Below are positions 1 to 39,282 of a DNA stretch of 64,000 bases, piece after piece. How positions within the stretch are numbered: the stretch's first letter is position 1; the number at the start of each line of letters is the position of its first letter. Both the position numbers and the translations under genes were made by a program. Source of the stretch: Eledone cirrhosa (lineage: Eukaryota); assembly GCA_964016885.1 (NCBI GenBank), contig OZ024754.1, positions 32,240,001 through 32,304,000 on the forward strand, written 5' to 3'. A model generated the notes under the pieces. It was given only the letters and a program-made list of their open reading frames with translations. It had not been told where the DNA came from and searched no databases.

Positions 1-395
1 GTAATAGGGATATATTTTGACAGAGATATATTGTGACAGAGATATATTGTAATAGGGATATAATGTAACAGAGATATATTGTAACAGGGATATATTGTAA
101 CAGTGATATATTGTAACAGAGATATAATGTAACAGAGATATATTGTATAAGGATATATTGTAACAGGAATATATTGTAACAGGGATATATTGTGACTGAG
201 ATATATTGTAACAGGGATATATTGTAACAGATATATTGTAACAGGAATATATTGTAGCAGAGATATATTGTAACAGGGATATATTGCAACAGATATTTTG
301 TAAGAGAGATATATTGTAAAAGAGATATGTTGTAACACAGATATATTTTAACAGGGATATATTGTAACAGGGATATATTGTGACAGAGACATATG
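1..395. repeat. 16-bp minisatellite (TGTAACAGGGATATAT)
   Basis: ~24 degenerate copies. Confidence 0.9.
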
Positions 396-818
396 CCACA
401 AGCCTAAGTCTTGTCATGAAGAGCAGAAGAATGGAGCTGGCAGGGCATGACCTATGAATAGGGGGACAATATACCAGTAAGAACAGCAATGTCATGTTTG
501 CCAGTTGGTGGGAAAAGACCAAAGAGTAGAACTAAGAAGACCAGGAGATCCACCCTAAAAAAGGACCTGTGCAGGTGGTGTGGCACAAACTGGTTTCAAG
601 CACCACCCCTTGCCAGAGACAGAGCAACTTAGAAGAGCATGGTAGCCCGTTCCCATGAAGCTGCAGGAACCAGATGACCAGATGATAAATTGAGTACATT
701 ATTTGACGTGAAGAAATACAACAATATTTGCAGAAGTCTAACAAAAGATATCCCAGAATCTCATAACTTACATTGCATTGTTAATCAAACAATCGCTTTA
801 ATTTTAAATATTACTTAC

Positions 819-26141
<25,323 letters not shown>

Positions 26142-26205
26142 GAGGTCACACAAGCTGTTCGAAAGTTTTCTCGCGGCCAAACTGAACAGAAAAACTGTTT
26201 AAGTC

Positions 26206-26219
26206 GTTGTCATGACGAC
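26206..26219. promoter_or_regulatory. RFX X-box motif GTTGTCATGACGAC
   Basis: Fits RYYNYYATRRNRAC consensus; in a CpG-richer non-repeat patch just upstream of the putative start. Confidence 0.55.
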
Positions 26220-26419
26220 CGTCTTTTCGTTTGCCAAACGTTGTTCTCATTTACAACATTGCTGAGCAAACAACAACAACACGCTTCTAGTAAAGAGATT
26301 AGCAGTTAACACACTTACAGTTAATAATTGTTTCTGATTTAGGCACAAGGCCAGCAATTTTGGGGGAAGAGGAAAGTCGATTAAATCGACTCCAGTGTGT
26401 GACTGGTACTTTATTTTAC

Positions 26420-26660
26420 CTGTACCGGTCGCTCTCCGACAGGTTCGCGGTCGTGCCCTTGGCAGTGGAGACTTCTGGTGTCCTTGGCCCTAGGGCTACC
26501 TCCCTACTCCTTGGCCCTAGGGCTACATCCCTACTCACCACCAATAGGTGCTGAGTTGGCCAGCCGCAGGTGTGAGCCTTGCGAGTTGGAGTGGCTCTTC
26601 CAGCGCATCTCCTTACCATCCTCCGGGGAAACGCCTTCTCCATTCTGTCCGCCGGGACTG
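26420..26660 (+). mobile_element. CRE-like non-LTR remnant
   Basis: YRSLSDRFAVVPLAVETSGVLGPRA…EWLFQRISL…ILRGNA. Confidence 0.65.
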
Positions 26661-28299
26661 TGGGGAAGCCAGCACGTGGGACCCCATTTGCTCACCACAC
26701 AGGGAGATGAGGATGGCGAGAGAGGTGGAGGCGATGACAGTGGGAGTTCGGCTGTTCTTTCATGTTTACTTAGGTTACTATTTTCTATTGTATATAACCA
26801 GTTTTAAATCACTGAGTATCCTGTGTCGTATGATTGTCTGATGTAAGGGGTCATAGAAATTTGTATCCACTTCATTTTTTAAATATGAACTTGTAATTAC
26901 CGTTGAAATCTAGAAGAGCACTTGTTAGGTTTTATCAACACCGTAAGGATGAAAGGCAAAGCTTATCTCGGCGGGATTTGAAATCAGAACATAAAGGGCC
27001 GTAATTGTATGCCTCGAAGCACGGTGTCCGGCGCTCTACCGATACTGTCAATCCACCGCCCTATAGTTAATCATTGTTTCTACTTTTGGCACAAGACCAG
27101 CAATTACCCCAGTGCATTACTGGTGCTTTATTTCATCGACCCCGTAAGAATGAAAGGCAAAGTTAACACATTACTTATACACTTAGAGTTAATATAGTTA
27201 ATACACTTTTAATTTTATTCACAGTTCTATAAATAATATTACAAATTATACAACAGTGAATATTATAAATTGTTCACAATTCTTTCAGAATTAAAATATA
27301 AACACATAATTGTTTCTACTGTTGGTACAAGGCCAGCAATTAACCCAGTGCATTACTGGTACTTTATTTTATCGACCCCGTAAGAATGAAAAGCAAAGTT
27401 AACCTCGGCGGGATTTGAACCCAGAACATAAAGGACTGTAACTCTGTGCTGCAAATACAATTAACTATTGATATACGATCAAAGCGAGAGAAAGAAAATA
27501 GAAAATAAGGAAGAAGAAAGAGGAAACAAAAACAAAAACAACCATAAGTTCATCACCTAGGGCGACAAGCAGCCGCACATTACAAGGGTCAACGGAAGTT
27601 TTTGAGGCAAGCCAACACACTCGCAGCATTACCAGGGGTGATGGCGAGGCTAAGGTGCTGAAACAACCAAGTTCACATATTTTATCTGCTTTGCTCATTG
27701 CAGTTTTGCGTGCACATGAGAAAGAGAAAGAGAGAGAGAGAGTCTGTGTGTGTCTCTGTGTCATGTGTGTGTGTGTAGATGTATTTCTTTGTGATTGTGT
27801 GTGCAATTATTTACATATATACACGTATGAGGTTGTACAGGAAAAGACCAGTTAAAGCCATGCAAGCATGAAAAAAAAAACAAACATAAAAGGATGTTTG
27901 TGATGATTAAACATACATACCTACCTACCTACACCTATATATATATATATTTCATTCATTCAGCCCAATCGCTTTCTGTGGAACATAGGCCATTAACGAC
28001 CCTCCACCATTATACATGACCCTGAGCTACTCTCACCACTCCACTCCAGTTGGCTTCCAGTTTTCTTAATTCAGTCTCAGTGTCATGCCTCCAGCTGCCA
28101 TGGGGTCTGCTTCTCTTCCTCTAACCCTGCGGACTCCAGGTCAGGACTTGGCATGTCGTGTTTAACGTCTATCTTCCATGCTAGCATGGGTTAGATGGGA
28201 GTTGTCCCACTTGAGACAAGATTGGTCGGGTGACTGTGCCTCGCTCATATAGGACTATCTGGCAGGTTTTCTATGGCTGGATGCCCTTCCTAACACCAA

Positions 28300-29490
28300 C
28301 CACATTTACAGTGTGGACTCGGAGCTTTTTTACGGTGTCTCCTATGTGACCACTTTACAGTGTGGACTCGGAGCTTTTTTACGGTGTCTCCTATGTGACC
28401 ACTTTATAGTGTGGACTGGGAGCTTTTTACTGTGTCTCCTATGACCACTTTACAGTGTGGACTGGGAGTTTTTTACTGTGTCTCCTATGTGACCACTTTA
28501 CAGTGTGGACTGGGAGCTTTTTACTGTGTCTCCTATGACCACTTTACAGTGTGGACTGGGAGCTTTTTACTGTGTCTCCTATGTGACCACTTTACAGTGT
28601 GGACTGGGAGCTTTTTTACCGTGTCTCCTATGTGACCACTTTATAGTGTGGACTGGGAGCTTTTTACTGTGTCTCCTATGTGACCACTTTACAGTGTGGA
28701 CTGGGAGCTTTTTACTGTGTCTCCTATGTGACCACTTTACAGTGTGGACTCGGAGCTTTTTTACGGTGTCTCCTATGTGACCACTTTACAGTGTGGACTG
28801 GGAGCTTTTTACTGTGTCTCCTATGTGACCACTTTACAGTGTGGACTGGGAGCTTTTTACTGTGTCTCCTATGTGACCACTTTATAGTGTGGACTGGGAG
28901 CTTTTTACTGTGTCTCCTATGTGACCACTTTACAGTGTGGACTGGGAGCTTTTTTACCGTGTCTCCTATGTGACCACTTTACAGTGTGGACAGGGAGCTT
29001 TTTTACCGTGTCTCCTATGTGACCACTTTACAGTGTGGACTGGGAGCTTTTTTACCGTGTCTCCTATGTGACCACTTTACAGTGTGGACTGGGAGCTTTT
29101 TTACCGTGTCTCCTATGTGACCACTTTACAGTGTGGACTGGGAGCTTTTTACTGTGTCTCCTATGTGACCACTTTACAGTGTGGACTGGGAGCTTTTTAC
29201 TGTGTCTCCTATGTGACCACTTTACAGTGTGGACTGGGAGCCTTTTACTGTGTCTCCTATGTGACCACTTTACAGTGTGGACTGGGAGCCTTTTACTGTG
29301 TCTCCTATGTGACCACTTTACAGTGTGGACTGGGAGCTTTTTACTGTCTCCTATGTGACCACTTTACAGTGTGGACTGGGAGCCTTTTACTGTGTCTCCT
29401 ATGTGACCACTTTACAGTGTGGACTGGGAGCTTTTTACTGTCTCCTATGTGACCACTTTACAGTGTGGACTGGGAGCCTTTTACTGTGTT
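28300..29490. repeat. 46-49-bp minisatellite (~25 copies) inside a SINE-like element
   Basis: GACCACTTTACAGTGTGGACTGGGAGCTTTTTACTGTGTCTCCTATGT. Confidence 0.93.
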
Positions 29491-29739
29491 ACCTACACGG
29501 CCACATTACAGCGTGGACTATGTGTTTTTTGTCGTGACACCTACACAACCTCATTAGTTTGGACTGGATGTTGTAGTACCAACATAACTTTACAGAGGAG
29601 GAGTGGTGTTGGTGGGAGTGGGAGGATGGAGCAGGGGTAGTGAATTGGGGTGTATGTTTGGTTAAGAGGTGCCCATTGACTGTAGGTTTTGCTTTGTACA
29701 TAGGCAAGGCGGGTCTGGTGTATTACTGCGTGGCGCCAA

Positions 29740-30485
29740 AGATCTTATCCAGTGACATTCTCTTAGACAGGTGCAAGTGTGTAAGGTCGGAATTTATCAA
29801 ATCGTCCCAGGTTTTTCTGGGTCCACCTACTCCGTAACTTCCATCAATTTTGATCGCCCTGCACTTTTTTTTTATACAGCTGTCGTCTTTCATGCGCATC
29901 ACGTGACCATACCAACGTAGTCTTCTCTCGAGTAAACAGCATCTGATCCCTCTTATTCCTAATTTCTCACTTAGTTCATTTATGTTTTGCTGTTCGCGTA
30001 TATTACTATTACACATAATATATATGTATATATATAAAAAGTAAACAGAAATAACATATATATATATGAGGATTAGAGGCAGGGGAGAGATGATGATTTG
30101 GATGGAGAAAAGGGAGAAAGAGTGAGTAGGAGTGATCATTGATTTTCAGGAAGGGTTTTAAACTAAGTTGACCAGGGAAGATTTTTAACTAAATATGAAT
30201 AAAGTTGATGAATTTTCAAGGAAAACATTTAAAAATACATTTAAATATAAGTGATAAAGGATGATGATCAGTTGGTGAAGAAGTGCCAGGAAATCCCAGT
30301 GGAAGGAAGCCACAGTAGAGGTAGACCAAGGAAGACTTGGGCAGAGGTGGTGAGAATTGATCTCAAATTGCTGAGACTCACAAAGTAGATGACGAAGAAA
30401 TGCGGCGAGTGGAGAGATGTTATGCTGCAAAGGACCCATCCAACCCATGCATGAAAAAAAACGGATGTAAAAATGATGATGATGA
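29740..30485. mobile_element. Two RTE LINE 3' fragments in opposite orientation (~29740-30010 minus, ~30260-30485 plus)
   Basis: RRLRWYGHVMR…GGPRKTW; same 3' UTR and (TGA)n tail as 5233-6449. Confidence 0.7.
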
Positions 30486-31419
30486 TAATTATTGTTGTCA
30501 TTTAGGAGCTAGCAAGAGAGAGTGAGAGTCAACAAATGTTTATTATATCAATACACATATATAAAAGATATAAAATATACATAATTCAATTCTTTAAAAA
30601 AGTACAAGTAAAACAGCACAAAAACTGAGTAAATATTTCTTGAAATGAAATTATTCTGATTATATGTAACTTTAACCCTTTACATTATTCTATATTTACT
30701 ATTGTATTTTCACAGCGAAGACTTTATCTTACATAATTATCTCACATAATATCGAATCTATGAGATTTTGATATTATTTATTTTGAGAACAATACCTTAA
30801 CATAAGTATGAGCAGCCGGTTATGGCCAGTTTGAACAGAAAGAGGTGAGAGAATTCTAGCTGGATATGGCCAGTTTAAATGCTAAAGGATTAAAAGAAAT
30901 ATCTTGTTTGCTTTTACTTTAAACTTAGAGGGAGACCTTAGTATTGCCTGTAGTGTGCAATTGAGAGTGCTTGTTTTCTATTTTTTTCTTTTTCTCTGAC
31001 CAAATTTTATTGTAGAATTAGAAATTTTAGCCAGTTTGGCATCAAAAGGGTTAAGCGCTTCTCCACTAAACATTTTGACACCTAAAATAAATACCAGCAT
31101 GCGCCATTTCCCAAGTGATTTACAAGAAAATTCAATTTCTCATGAAATACTATTTCAATTAAGGAAGAATTTTGAAGGATTTACTAAAATTGTCAATTAT
31201 TTTATTACTAAGATAGTAACTTAGCTTGGTATGGTACAACAATTTAAAAGAATTTGGTAAAATAGCTCTCATCATATATGTTTGGGACATAATAAATGGT
31301 CTTCCATAAAATTGTAATGGAAGGATTTTAGATAAATATAAACACTTTAAAATAGTCTCGTATGATAAGACCAAAGTCAGTTTAGTGTCAAAATGGTTAA
31401 ACACAAATTATAGTTTCTA

Positions 31420-31985
31420 GAGTGCTTGACCCCAGCAGCCAGACCACATCTGTGGTTGATTTCTGGGGTCAGGTCTCCATTGTTGGTTACTGTGGAGCCC
31501 AGGTAAATAAAGGAGCTGACAAACTCCACAATGTTGGGGCCAATATGAAGTGGAGGAGGATCTGGACCATTGCCGCCATACATCAGCTTGCTCTTTGCCT
31601 AGTTCACCTGAAGGCCAAGCTTTGCTGATTCCTCCCAGTATATGGTCAGTGCGTCCCTGAACTGGTTGATCGAGTTGCTGAATAGGGTGGTGTTGTCAGC
31701 ATAGTATGGACATGACCTCCGCCAGATCATCCTACCATGGCCTTACTTTCATTCTATGCAGCAGCTGTGGGCTGGGTGAGGCCCCAAGGCAGTCCCCACA
31801 CCAGATCGCTGGGTGTGATTAAGGAAGATCTCCAGGGGCTCAACATCACCTTGGAGGATGTAGAGGGGCTAGCATGGGCCCACCAGTGATGAATGACACT
31901 AGTGGACCTGGTCAGCTCAACATACAATGACACCTGGGATTACTGACCTAGGGTGACCCCAGTCCCATCGAGCAAGAGCAAGAAA
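31420..31985. mobile_element. Degenerate non-LTR retrotransposon fragment
   Basis: Minus: YADN, VEFVSSFIYLGSTVTNNGDLTPEINHR. Confidence 0.6.
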
Positions 31986-32810
31986 CATAAGTGCACTCTG
32001 TATTTGTATGCTCAATTTTGTTTAAAAGTACAAATATTAATTTATTAGTTGATTGGAAGAGTCATTAAAGAATTGGGCAAAATTCCTTGTGGTATATAGT
32101 TATGACTCTTAACATTGTGTTCAAATTCCATCAGAGTTAACTTTGTCTTTCATCTTTCCAAAATCAACAATAAAATACCACTCTCCAGTACTGGGATCAA
32201 TTTAATTGAAAGTACCCTTCTCCAAATTTTCCTGCCTTGTGCCTATGTTTTTTAACCTTCAGCACGCTAGAATTTTTTATGAATTGCTTCTCTTGACACT
32301 CCATTATGTATTAAGGAGAGATTACTCTATTGGCAACTTAATGCGCCTGGGTCAATTCAGAAGATTAAAAAATAAGTGAATAAAAGGTCTTTAACTCTTA
32401 ATGGAGTTGTAGCATATCTTGGGCATTTTAAAATTAGCAGAGTCCATTTCTCTCCAGGTCAGAGCACAGTCAATTTCTTCGAGAGAGAAAGGAAGAACCA
32501 ACCCCCCAGTATTGGACTGGCAATTTATCAACCTTAAAAGGATGAAAAGCACAGGTGACCTTCGAGGGATTTGAACTCAGTTTATAGTGAGCCGAAAAAA
32601 TACCAGAACATTTTTAATCCAATGCCTTAACAACTCTGCCAAATTGCTGCCTTTGTGCCTATGTTGGAAACCATTAAATTGCTGTTCAATCCTAGATTAA
32701 CAAATAATAAATTGATATTTTCAATTGTTTTTATAAGAATAAAATGGAGTAAATAAAAAAGTGTACATTGATTTGAATTTTTTTATTGCATGGTTTCATA
32801 TTTTGCTGAT

Positions 32811-33070
32811 CCTCACATGTATAGTTTCACATTTTTAACATCCTCACATGTATAGTTTCACATTTCAAATACCTTCACATGTAGTCCTTACATTCTGAAT
32901 GTCCTCACATGTAGTATTTACATTGTGAACACCTTCACATGAAGTCATTATATTCTGAACATCCCTACATGTAGTCTTGACATTCTTAACTCCCCAACAT
33001 GTAGTCTTTATATTCTCAACAGCCTCACATGTAGTCTTTACATTTTTGAACAGCCTCACATGTAGTCTTC
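32811..33070. repeat. ~30-bp degenerate tandem repeat in the putative TTC9-like 3' UTR
   Basis: CCTCACATGTAGTCTTTACATT… units. Confidence 0.8.
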
Positions 33071-33262
33071 CAATTTTCCCTATTTTCCATTCATTCTAGC
33101 TTCACATACACTGTATTTCTTTATGATTTGTCCATATTTCAACTGAAGACTTTGATGATGACAATTTCTGTATGCTTCCTTAATATGTGCCTCCTCATAC
33201 CATGTCTTTATACTGTATAAAAAGCTGCTGCATTCATCTTCTCCAAACCTAGTTCTATCTAT

Positions 33263-33396
33263 TTAATGGACTGCATTCACTTCCTTACTGTGTTTATTCA
33301 TTTCATTGAACATTTCTTGGTAAGTTTTTTTAATACTTAAATTATGTTTTCGAACTTCAATTTCACAAAGTTTGATGTAGCGCTTGATGGCTAGGT
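33263..33396 (-). CDS. TTC9C: TTC9-like exon 3 (terminal)
   Basis: catcag acceptor; DLAIKRYIKLCEIEVRKHNLSIKKTYQEMFN…VH*. Confidence 0.8.
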
Positions 33397-36300
33397 CTGA
33401 TGAGTAGAAAAAAAAATGGAGAATATAAGAGATAATATATTAGGTTTAAAGGAACGGAAATATATAGAACAGGGGGTTACAACCTATCTACTACCACCCA
33501 CTTAATTTGTCACCCAGTTTAACACTACCATCTGGACTTTGGGGTGTAAACTTAATTTGTCACACAATTTAACCCCACCAACATCACCGCCTGAACACGA
33601 GTCATCATTTCTTCATCTACTTACCCTCCACCAGCAAAAAAGAAAAGGATAGGGGGTAAAGGACATTCCATCTACCAAAAAAAACAAGCTTGAAGCTAAT
33701 CAGCATGAAGTAGTGAGAAAGATATATTTCACCTTCTGGATGTTTGTGTGAAAGGGACTGTAAATCTGCCAAAGCTTCTTCAAATTTTTTCATGTGATAG
33801 AGAGCCATACATTTTCTAAAAGCGGCTTTTAAATTTTCAGGGTAAATGTCCAATACCAGGTCACAATACTTGATGATCCGTATGTAGTTGGTATCTTCTT
33901 TATGAAGTAAACAGGCTGCAAGTAAAATAGCAAATGGAATTAGTGTAATATATATATATAACAAGTAAGAAGTAGGTATCTGTAGATTTATACACAGACA
34001 CACATATATATATATATCATCATATATATATGTGTCTGTATAGGTATATATATATATCATCATCATCATCATCATTTCATTTTACGTCCGCTTTTCCCTG
34101 CTAGCAAGGGTGGGACGGGAACTGATTCTGGCTTGATTTCTACAGCTGGATGCCCTTCCTAACACCAACCTCATTTACAGTGAGTGCTGGGTGCTTTTTT
34201 GCCGTGGCACCTCCACGACCACTTTGCAGTGGAATGATATGGACCCCCAGTCCCTATCATCTCATTTCTACAGCTGAGTAAACTGGAGCAATGTGAAATA
34301 AAGTGTCTTGCTCAAGGAAACAACACATCACCCGGTCTGAGAATTGAACTCACAACCTTTCGATTGCAAGCCCAATGCTCTAACCATTAAGCCATGTGCC
34401 TCCATATATATATATAAAATTAAAGAATGGAGTTAAAAACTCGCGTTAATCCCCTGTAATTTAATGAGTTCAAGGAATAGATACCGGGTTCTTTATAATA
34501 CAGTTTATAGAGAAGAAAACACAAAGAGGCATGTTTTCAATTATAGGGGATAGAAAACCACTAAAGTGAAAAACATAAAGTCTACGAAAGGAGTGGAAAA
34601 TACATATTAATTAAAAGAATAAATCAAAATGCACAGACCAACCTTTTATAACTATAAACACCTGGACAAACTCTAATAAGAGAATGTTTCACCATAAAAA
34701 CAGTAGATTCCATACTGCTTAGGGCTTATCAATAGGTGTAAAGGCAGTATGGTCCACACTTTTAAAATACTTCAGACAGAGAGATAATAATAATGGAATA
34801 AACCACTATTATTTTTGGTAAGGTGTGTCAAGCTGAATGTGTTATTAAAGTCGACAGTATGCAGGAATCAAAGTCAAAGGTGACTCCAAAGGGTTAAGAC
34901 ACTGGTAGATGAAGACAATGAAAGCAGCAGAGCATAAATAATTAATACTAAGGAAAACTAGTGTTGTTATCAAAATGCCATCTTTAATTTCTACTATATA
35001 TTTAGTATAAAGTTTCATACACTTAACCCTTTAGCAATCACATTACTTTATATTTACTAGTATATTTTCATGGTAAAGGCTTTACTTCACATATCTCACA
35101 TAATATCGAATTTATGAGATTTTGAGAACAATACCTTAACATAATATGAGCAGCCAATTATGGCAGATTTGAACAGAAAGAGGTGAGAGAATTCTGGCCG
35201 GATATATCCGGTTTAAATGCTAAAGGGTTAACATGTATGTGCGACCATTGGTTTCGGGGTTCATCTATGACCACCACTGTATATTGGAGGAGGCTCTTTC
35301 AAACTGGCCCCAAATATTGTTCTGACGCCCAATGAGGGGTCAGTTTGGAAGATCCTCTTCCAATATACATTGGAGGCCATAATTGGACCTTGAAACCAAT
35401 GGTCACACATACATGTTAAGTGTATGAAACTTTATTTATACTAAATAAGCTCTCTTGCAATAGATTGAGCATTGTTTTCCTTGATCTTTCATCCATTGAT
35501 ATCCTACATATACATATATATAGAGCCAGGATCACCACCCTACTTACGATCAGTGCCCCACTCCCATCTCCAAAATCTTAACACATTCAAATATATCCTT
35601 CCTCATCAATAACTATTATCATCATGGCACATCCCATGCTACCGGATGACACCACATCCTAACACCAACACTATCTACAATCTTCATTCTACCCAAGATC
35701 ATCCCCACTCCCTAAAATACTAACACACTAGTCATATCTATACCTAACTATCAATCAATCTATCTCCATATCTCTCTCTCTCTAGTTAGCTAGCTATCTA
35801 CATATCTACCTCTCTAGTTAGCTAGCTATCTACATATCTACCCCCATATCTCTATCTCTCTCGTTAGCTAGCTATCTACATATCTACCCCCATATTTCTA
35901 TCTCTCTCTCTCTAGTTAGCTAGCTATCTACATATCTACCCCCATATCTCTATCTCTCTCTCTCTAGTTAGCTAGCTACCTACATATCTACCTCCATATC
36001 TCTATATCTATCTACATATCTACCCCCATATCTCTATCTCTCTCGTTAGCTAGCTATCTACATATCTACCCCCATATTTCTATCTCTCTCTCTCTAGTTA
36101 GCTAGCTATCTACATATCTACCTCCATATCTCTATCTCTCTCTCTCTAGTTAGCTAGCTACCTACATATCTACCTCCATATCTCTATATCTATCTCTCTA
36201 GTTAGCTAGCTATCTACCGCCATATCTCTATATCTCTCTCTCTAGTTAGCTAGCTATCTACATCTCTAGTTAGCTAGCTACCTACATATCTACCTCCATA

Positions 36301-38336
36301 TCTTTATCTCTCTCTCTCTAGTTAGCTAGCTACCTCCATATCTCTATCTCTCTCTAGTTAGCTAGCTATCTACATATCTACCTCCATATCTTTATATCTA
36401 TCTCTCTAGTTAGCTAGCTATCTACATATCTACCCCCATATCTCTATATCTCTAGTTAGCTATCTACCTACATATCTACCTCTCTAGTTAGCTAGCTACC
36501 TACATATCTTTATATCTCTCTCTAGTTAGCTAGCTATCTACATATCTACCTCCATATCTTTATAACTACCTCTCTAGTTAGCTATCTATCTACCTCCATA
36601 TCTTTATATCTCTCTCTCTCTCTCTAGTTAGCTAGCTATCTACATATCTATCTCTCTAGTTAGCTATCTATCTACATATCTACCTCCATATCTATATAAC
36701 TACCTCTCTAGTTAGCTATCTATCTACATATCTACCTCCATATCTATATAATTACCTCTCTAGTTAGCTATCTATCTACATATCTACCTCCATATCTTTA
36801 TATATCTCTCTCTCTAGTTAGCTATCTATCTACATATCTACCTCCATATCTTTATCTCTCTCTCTCTCTCTCTCTCTAGTTAGCTAGCTATCTACATATC
36901 TACCTCTCTAGTTAGCTATCTATCTACATATCTACCTCTCTAGTTAGCTATCTACCTACATATCTACCTCCATATCTATATCTATCTCTCTAGTTAGCTA
37001 GCTACCTCCACATCTACCTCCATATCTTTATAACTACCTCTCTAGTTAGCTAGCTATCTACATATCTACCCCCATATCTTTATAGTTAGCTACCTACATA
37101 TCTACCCACCTATCCCTCTATCTGTCAGTATGTCTGTCATTCTATATATATCTACTTTTGTATATTACCAATGTTTCTATCTTCAGACAACAACAAAGCC
37201 TGGATCCCAATAACAATCCAAAGATAGACAGATATATAGATAGAACAAAGTCATCGTAACTTAATGGACATATGTCTGATAAAGATTAAAGAGTATGATG
37301 AGCAAAATTACTGTAATTGATTTAAATGAAGGTAATGGCCAAAGTAACAAGAGGGAAGGAAGTCAAGGAAAATCGAGGATTCAATTATCTTTACATAGAA
37401 TATTGTAATCAAGAAATTATTAAATTAAATGTTTTTACTATAAACTCCGTCGTTTTTTTATGATTACTATGCTAGTATATATATGTGTGTGTGTGTGTGT
37501 GTACTGGGATTTAAGTGTGGTATGGGTCGAAGGCGCTCCAATCCGAAAGTAAGAGCTAAAGAACAAAGAGCGTGTGGTAAGATACCAGGTGGACAATAAC
37601 GGACAAGAGTGCGGATCTAGCTGTCGAAACGGCCGGAGCTCAGCCGTAGGGATCCTGACTCTTTTCATATATATATATATATATAAAGTCGCATACTTTT
37701 GTATTATTTGTACAGTTTTATATACACATTATATTAAGTCTAAAAAGTGAGTCTTGTTACTCTGGAGTTTCGCCTGTTTATCACAGGATCAGCAGACAAG
37801 AACATTGATATAATGAATATTAAAACTCTACTTTGGTATTGACTATTACTTTTTCTCAGCCGCCAACCACATATTGATGTATATATATATATATATAGAT
37901 GTATTTTAATTGTCTCATATAAAATAATACAACTGGCTATCCGCAAAATACGTATAGTTGGGATTATACTAAGGTATATCCTAATGTTTGTTGAGTGAGA
38001 CGGAAGCCGGTCGGAGTATTGCTTAAAGCTTTCTCTGGTATTAAATATATAAATATATATATATATATATATACTTGAAGGCGGCCGACAGGACTAGAAA
38101 CTGCTAAATGTGTGGCCGTCTTTTTGTCTCTCTGCCTTTTCAGCCCCATGGACTACATTCCTTTGTTAAATTTCGAATACCTGATGATGTCACCGGATTC
38201 ATACTGAACCCGATCACTGACATGTTCATAGTATAATAAACCTTTAAGGAATTACACCAGTCCAGCCTCCTGTTATTTTATAATATATATATATATTATT
38301 ACAAAAGTTCGGAGCTCAGCCGTCGGGGACCTGACT

Positions 38337-38392
<56 letters not shown>

Positions 38393-38912
38393 AGTCAGGA
38401 CCCCGACGGCTGAGCTCCGAACTTTTGTAATAGTGACGGGATTTAAGTGTGGTAAGGGTCGAAGAGTGCTACACTACGGAAGTAGGAGCTAAAGAACAAA
38501 GAGGGTGTGGTAATACACCAGGTGGACCATATATATATATATATATAAATCAATAAAGAATAACAAAAATAATTAATGTGTGTGTGTTTGTCAATAAATG
38601 GTACAAACCAGCCAAATTATTGTAACAATCAGCCTGAATAGATGAAATGGTTTGACGATAGTCTGACGGGACAGGGATTGAGGGAAAACTGTCCGGGGGT
38701 TGGTGTAGATTATCGATGAGAGGACGACAAACGTTGTCCATATTCAACTTCAACTGTAACAATGCACGATGGTATTTCCCAGTCGCCTGTCGATATTTTT
38801 TTTCTTTATAAAATCCGTTGCCTTCATTCTTTAAAGTTTTTGCAGTTTCAATTCGTTCAATAATATTATCTTTAAATTTGGCATCAACTGAGGGAAGATC
38901 AGCGGCAGCCAT
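33263..38912 (-). CDS. TTC9C: Tetratricopeptide repeat protein 9/9C-like, 206 aa, 3 exons
   Basis: Exons 38609-38912, 33733-33915, 33263-33396 (621 nt incl. TAA). K.EGN.FYKEKKYRQA.GKYHRALLQL, DCYNNLAACLL, ENLKAAFR..MALYH, IKRY..L.....K.TYQEMF match the TTC9 family. AATAAA near 32782-32787 on the minus strand. TTC9C chosen as closest paralogue name. Confidence 0.85.
33733..33915 (-). CDS. TTC9C: TTC9-like exon 2
   Basis: ttgcag acceptor, GTGAAA donor, TPR motifs. Confidence 0.85.
35027..35227. mobile_element. piggyBac-type MITE (~200 bp), representative copy
   Basis: TTAA|CCCTTTAGCA…TGCTAAAGGG|TTAA; other copies ~7920-8336 (inverted pair), 12459-14597, 16463-16615, 17830-18094, 30677-30889, 47940-48224, 60380-60589. 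Confidence 0.8.
35760..37110. repeat. Complex low-complexity satellite (CTAGTTAGCTAGCTATCTACATATCTACC)
   Basis: Variable-length units with (CT)n. Confidence 0.9.
38609..38912 (-). CDS. TTC9C: TTC9-like exon 1
   Basis: ATG at 38912, GTTTGT donor, phase 1. Confidence 0.85.
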
Positions 38913-39210
38913 CTTCTTTAACCGGTGTCAGGGAAAAAACAATTTCTTTTGAAATAAGGTTCACTTTGTTCTAATGAATTCCAAACTTGCTATCATCTTC
39001 ATAAAGTTATATTTTACAAATTCATTCTAACAGAAAATTATGGGAGTTTATTTCAATTGTTTTTTCTCCGTATATATATATATATTTTTCCCTCCCGTAT
39101 ATATTTATATATATATATATATAATAGCTATCACCGTATTTTTTTACTAAAGAAATTTTAGTCTGATAGTGGGGTTTAGAACCCTCAGATAAATGGAAAA
39201 AGATGAGTAT

Positions 39211-39282
39211 TGACGTACATGGGAGTCGAACCCACATCTTTGGTTATCCAGACCACTGTGCTACCATTTACACCAACACATC
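39211..39282 (-). pseudogene. tRNA-like cloverleaf (GGA anticodon, short variable loop), repeat-derived
   Basis: Folds as a 72-nt cloverleaf with GGTTCGACTCC B box and downstream T run, but several G-U pairs; related degenerate copy ~50043-50140. Confidence 0.55.

Noticed and set aside
626-737. Possible terminal exon of the PPP1R36-like gene after a ttttgttag acceptor at 738
   Set aside because: The in-phase translation (LLQILLYFF…) shows no family resemblance I can recognise; the true next exon may be outside the window.
28411-29640. Cys/His-rich repetitive ORFs resembling metal-binding proteins
   Set aside because: Open frames of a minisatellite with frequent frameshifting indels and no splice support.
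38176-38236. ATAC-CTGATGA…stem…GTAT hammerhead-like relic
   Set aside because: The essential GAAA segment is missing; at most a decayed copy.
39211-39282. Functional tRNA-Ser(GGA)
   Set aside because: No long variable arm, weak acceptor stem, anticodon-stem mismatch, and it belongs to a dispersed repeat.
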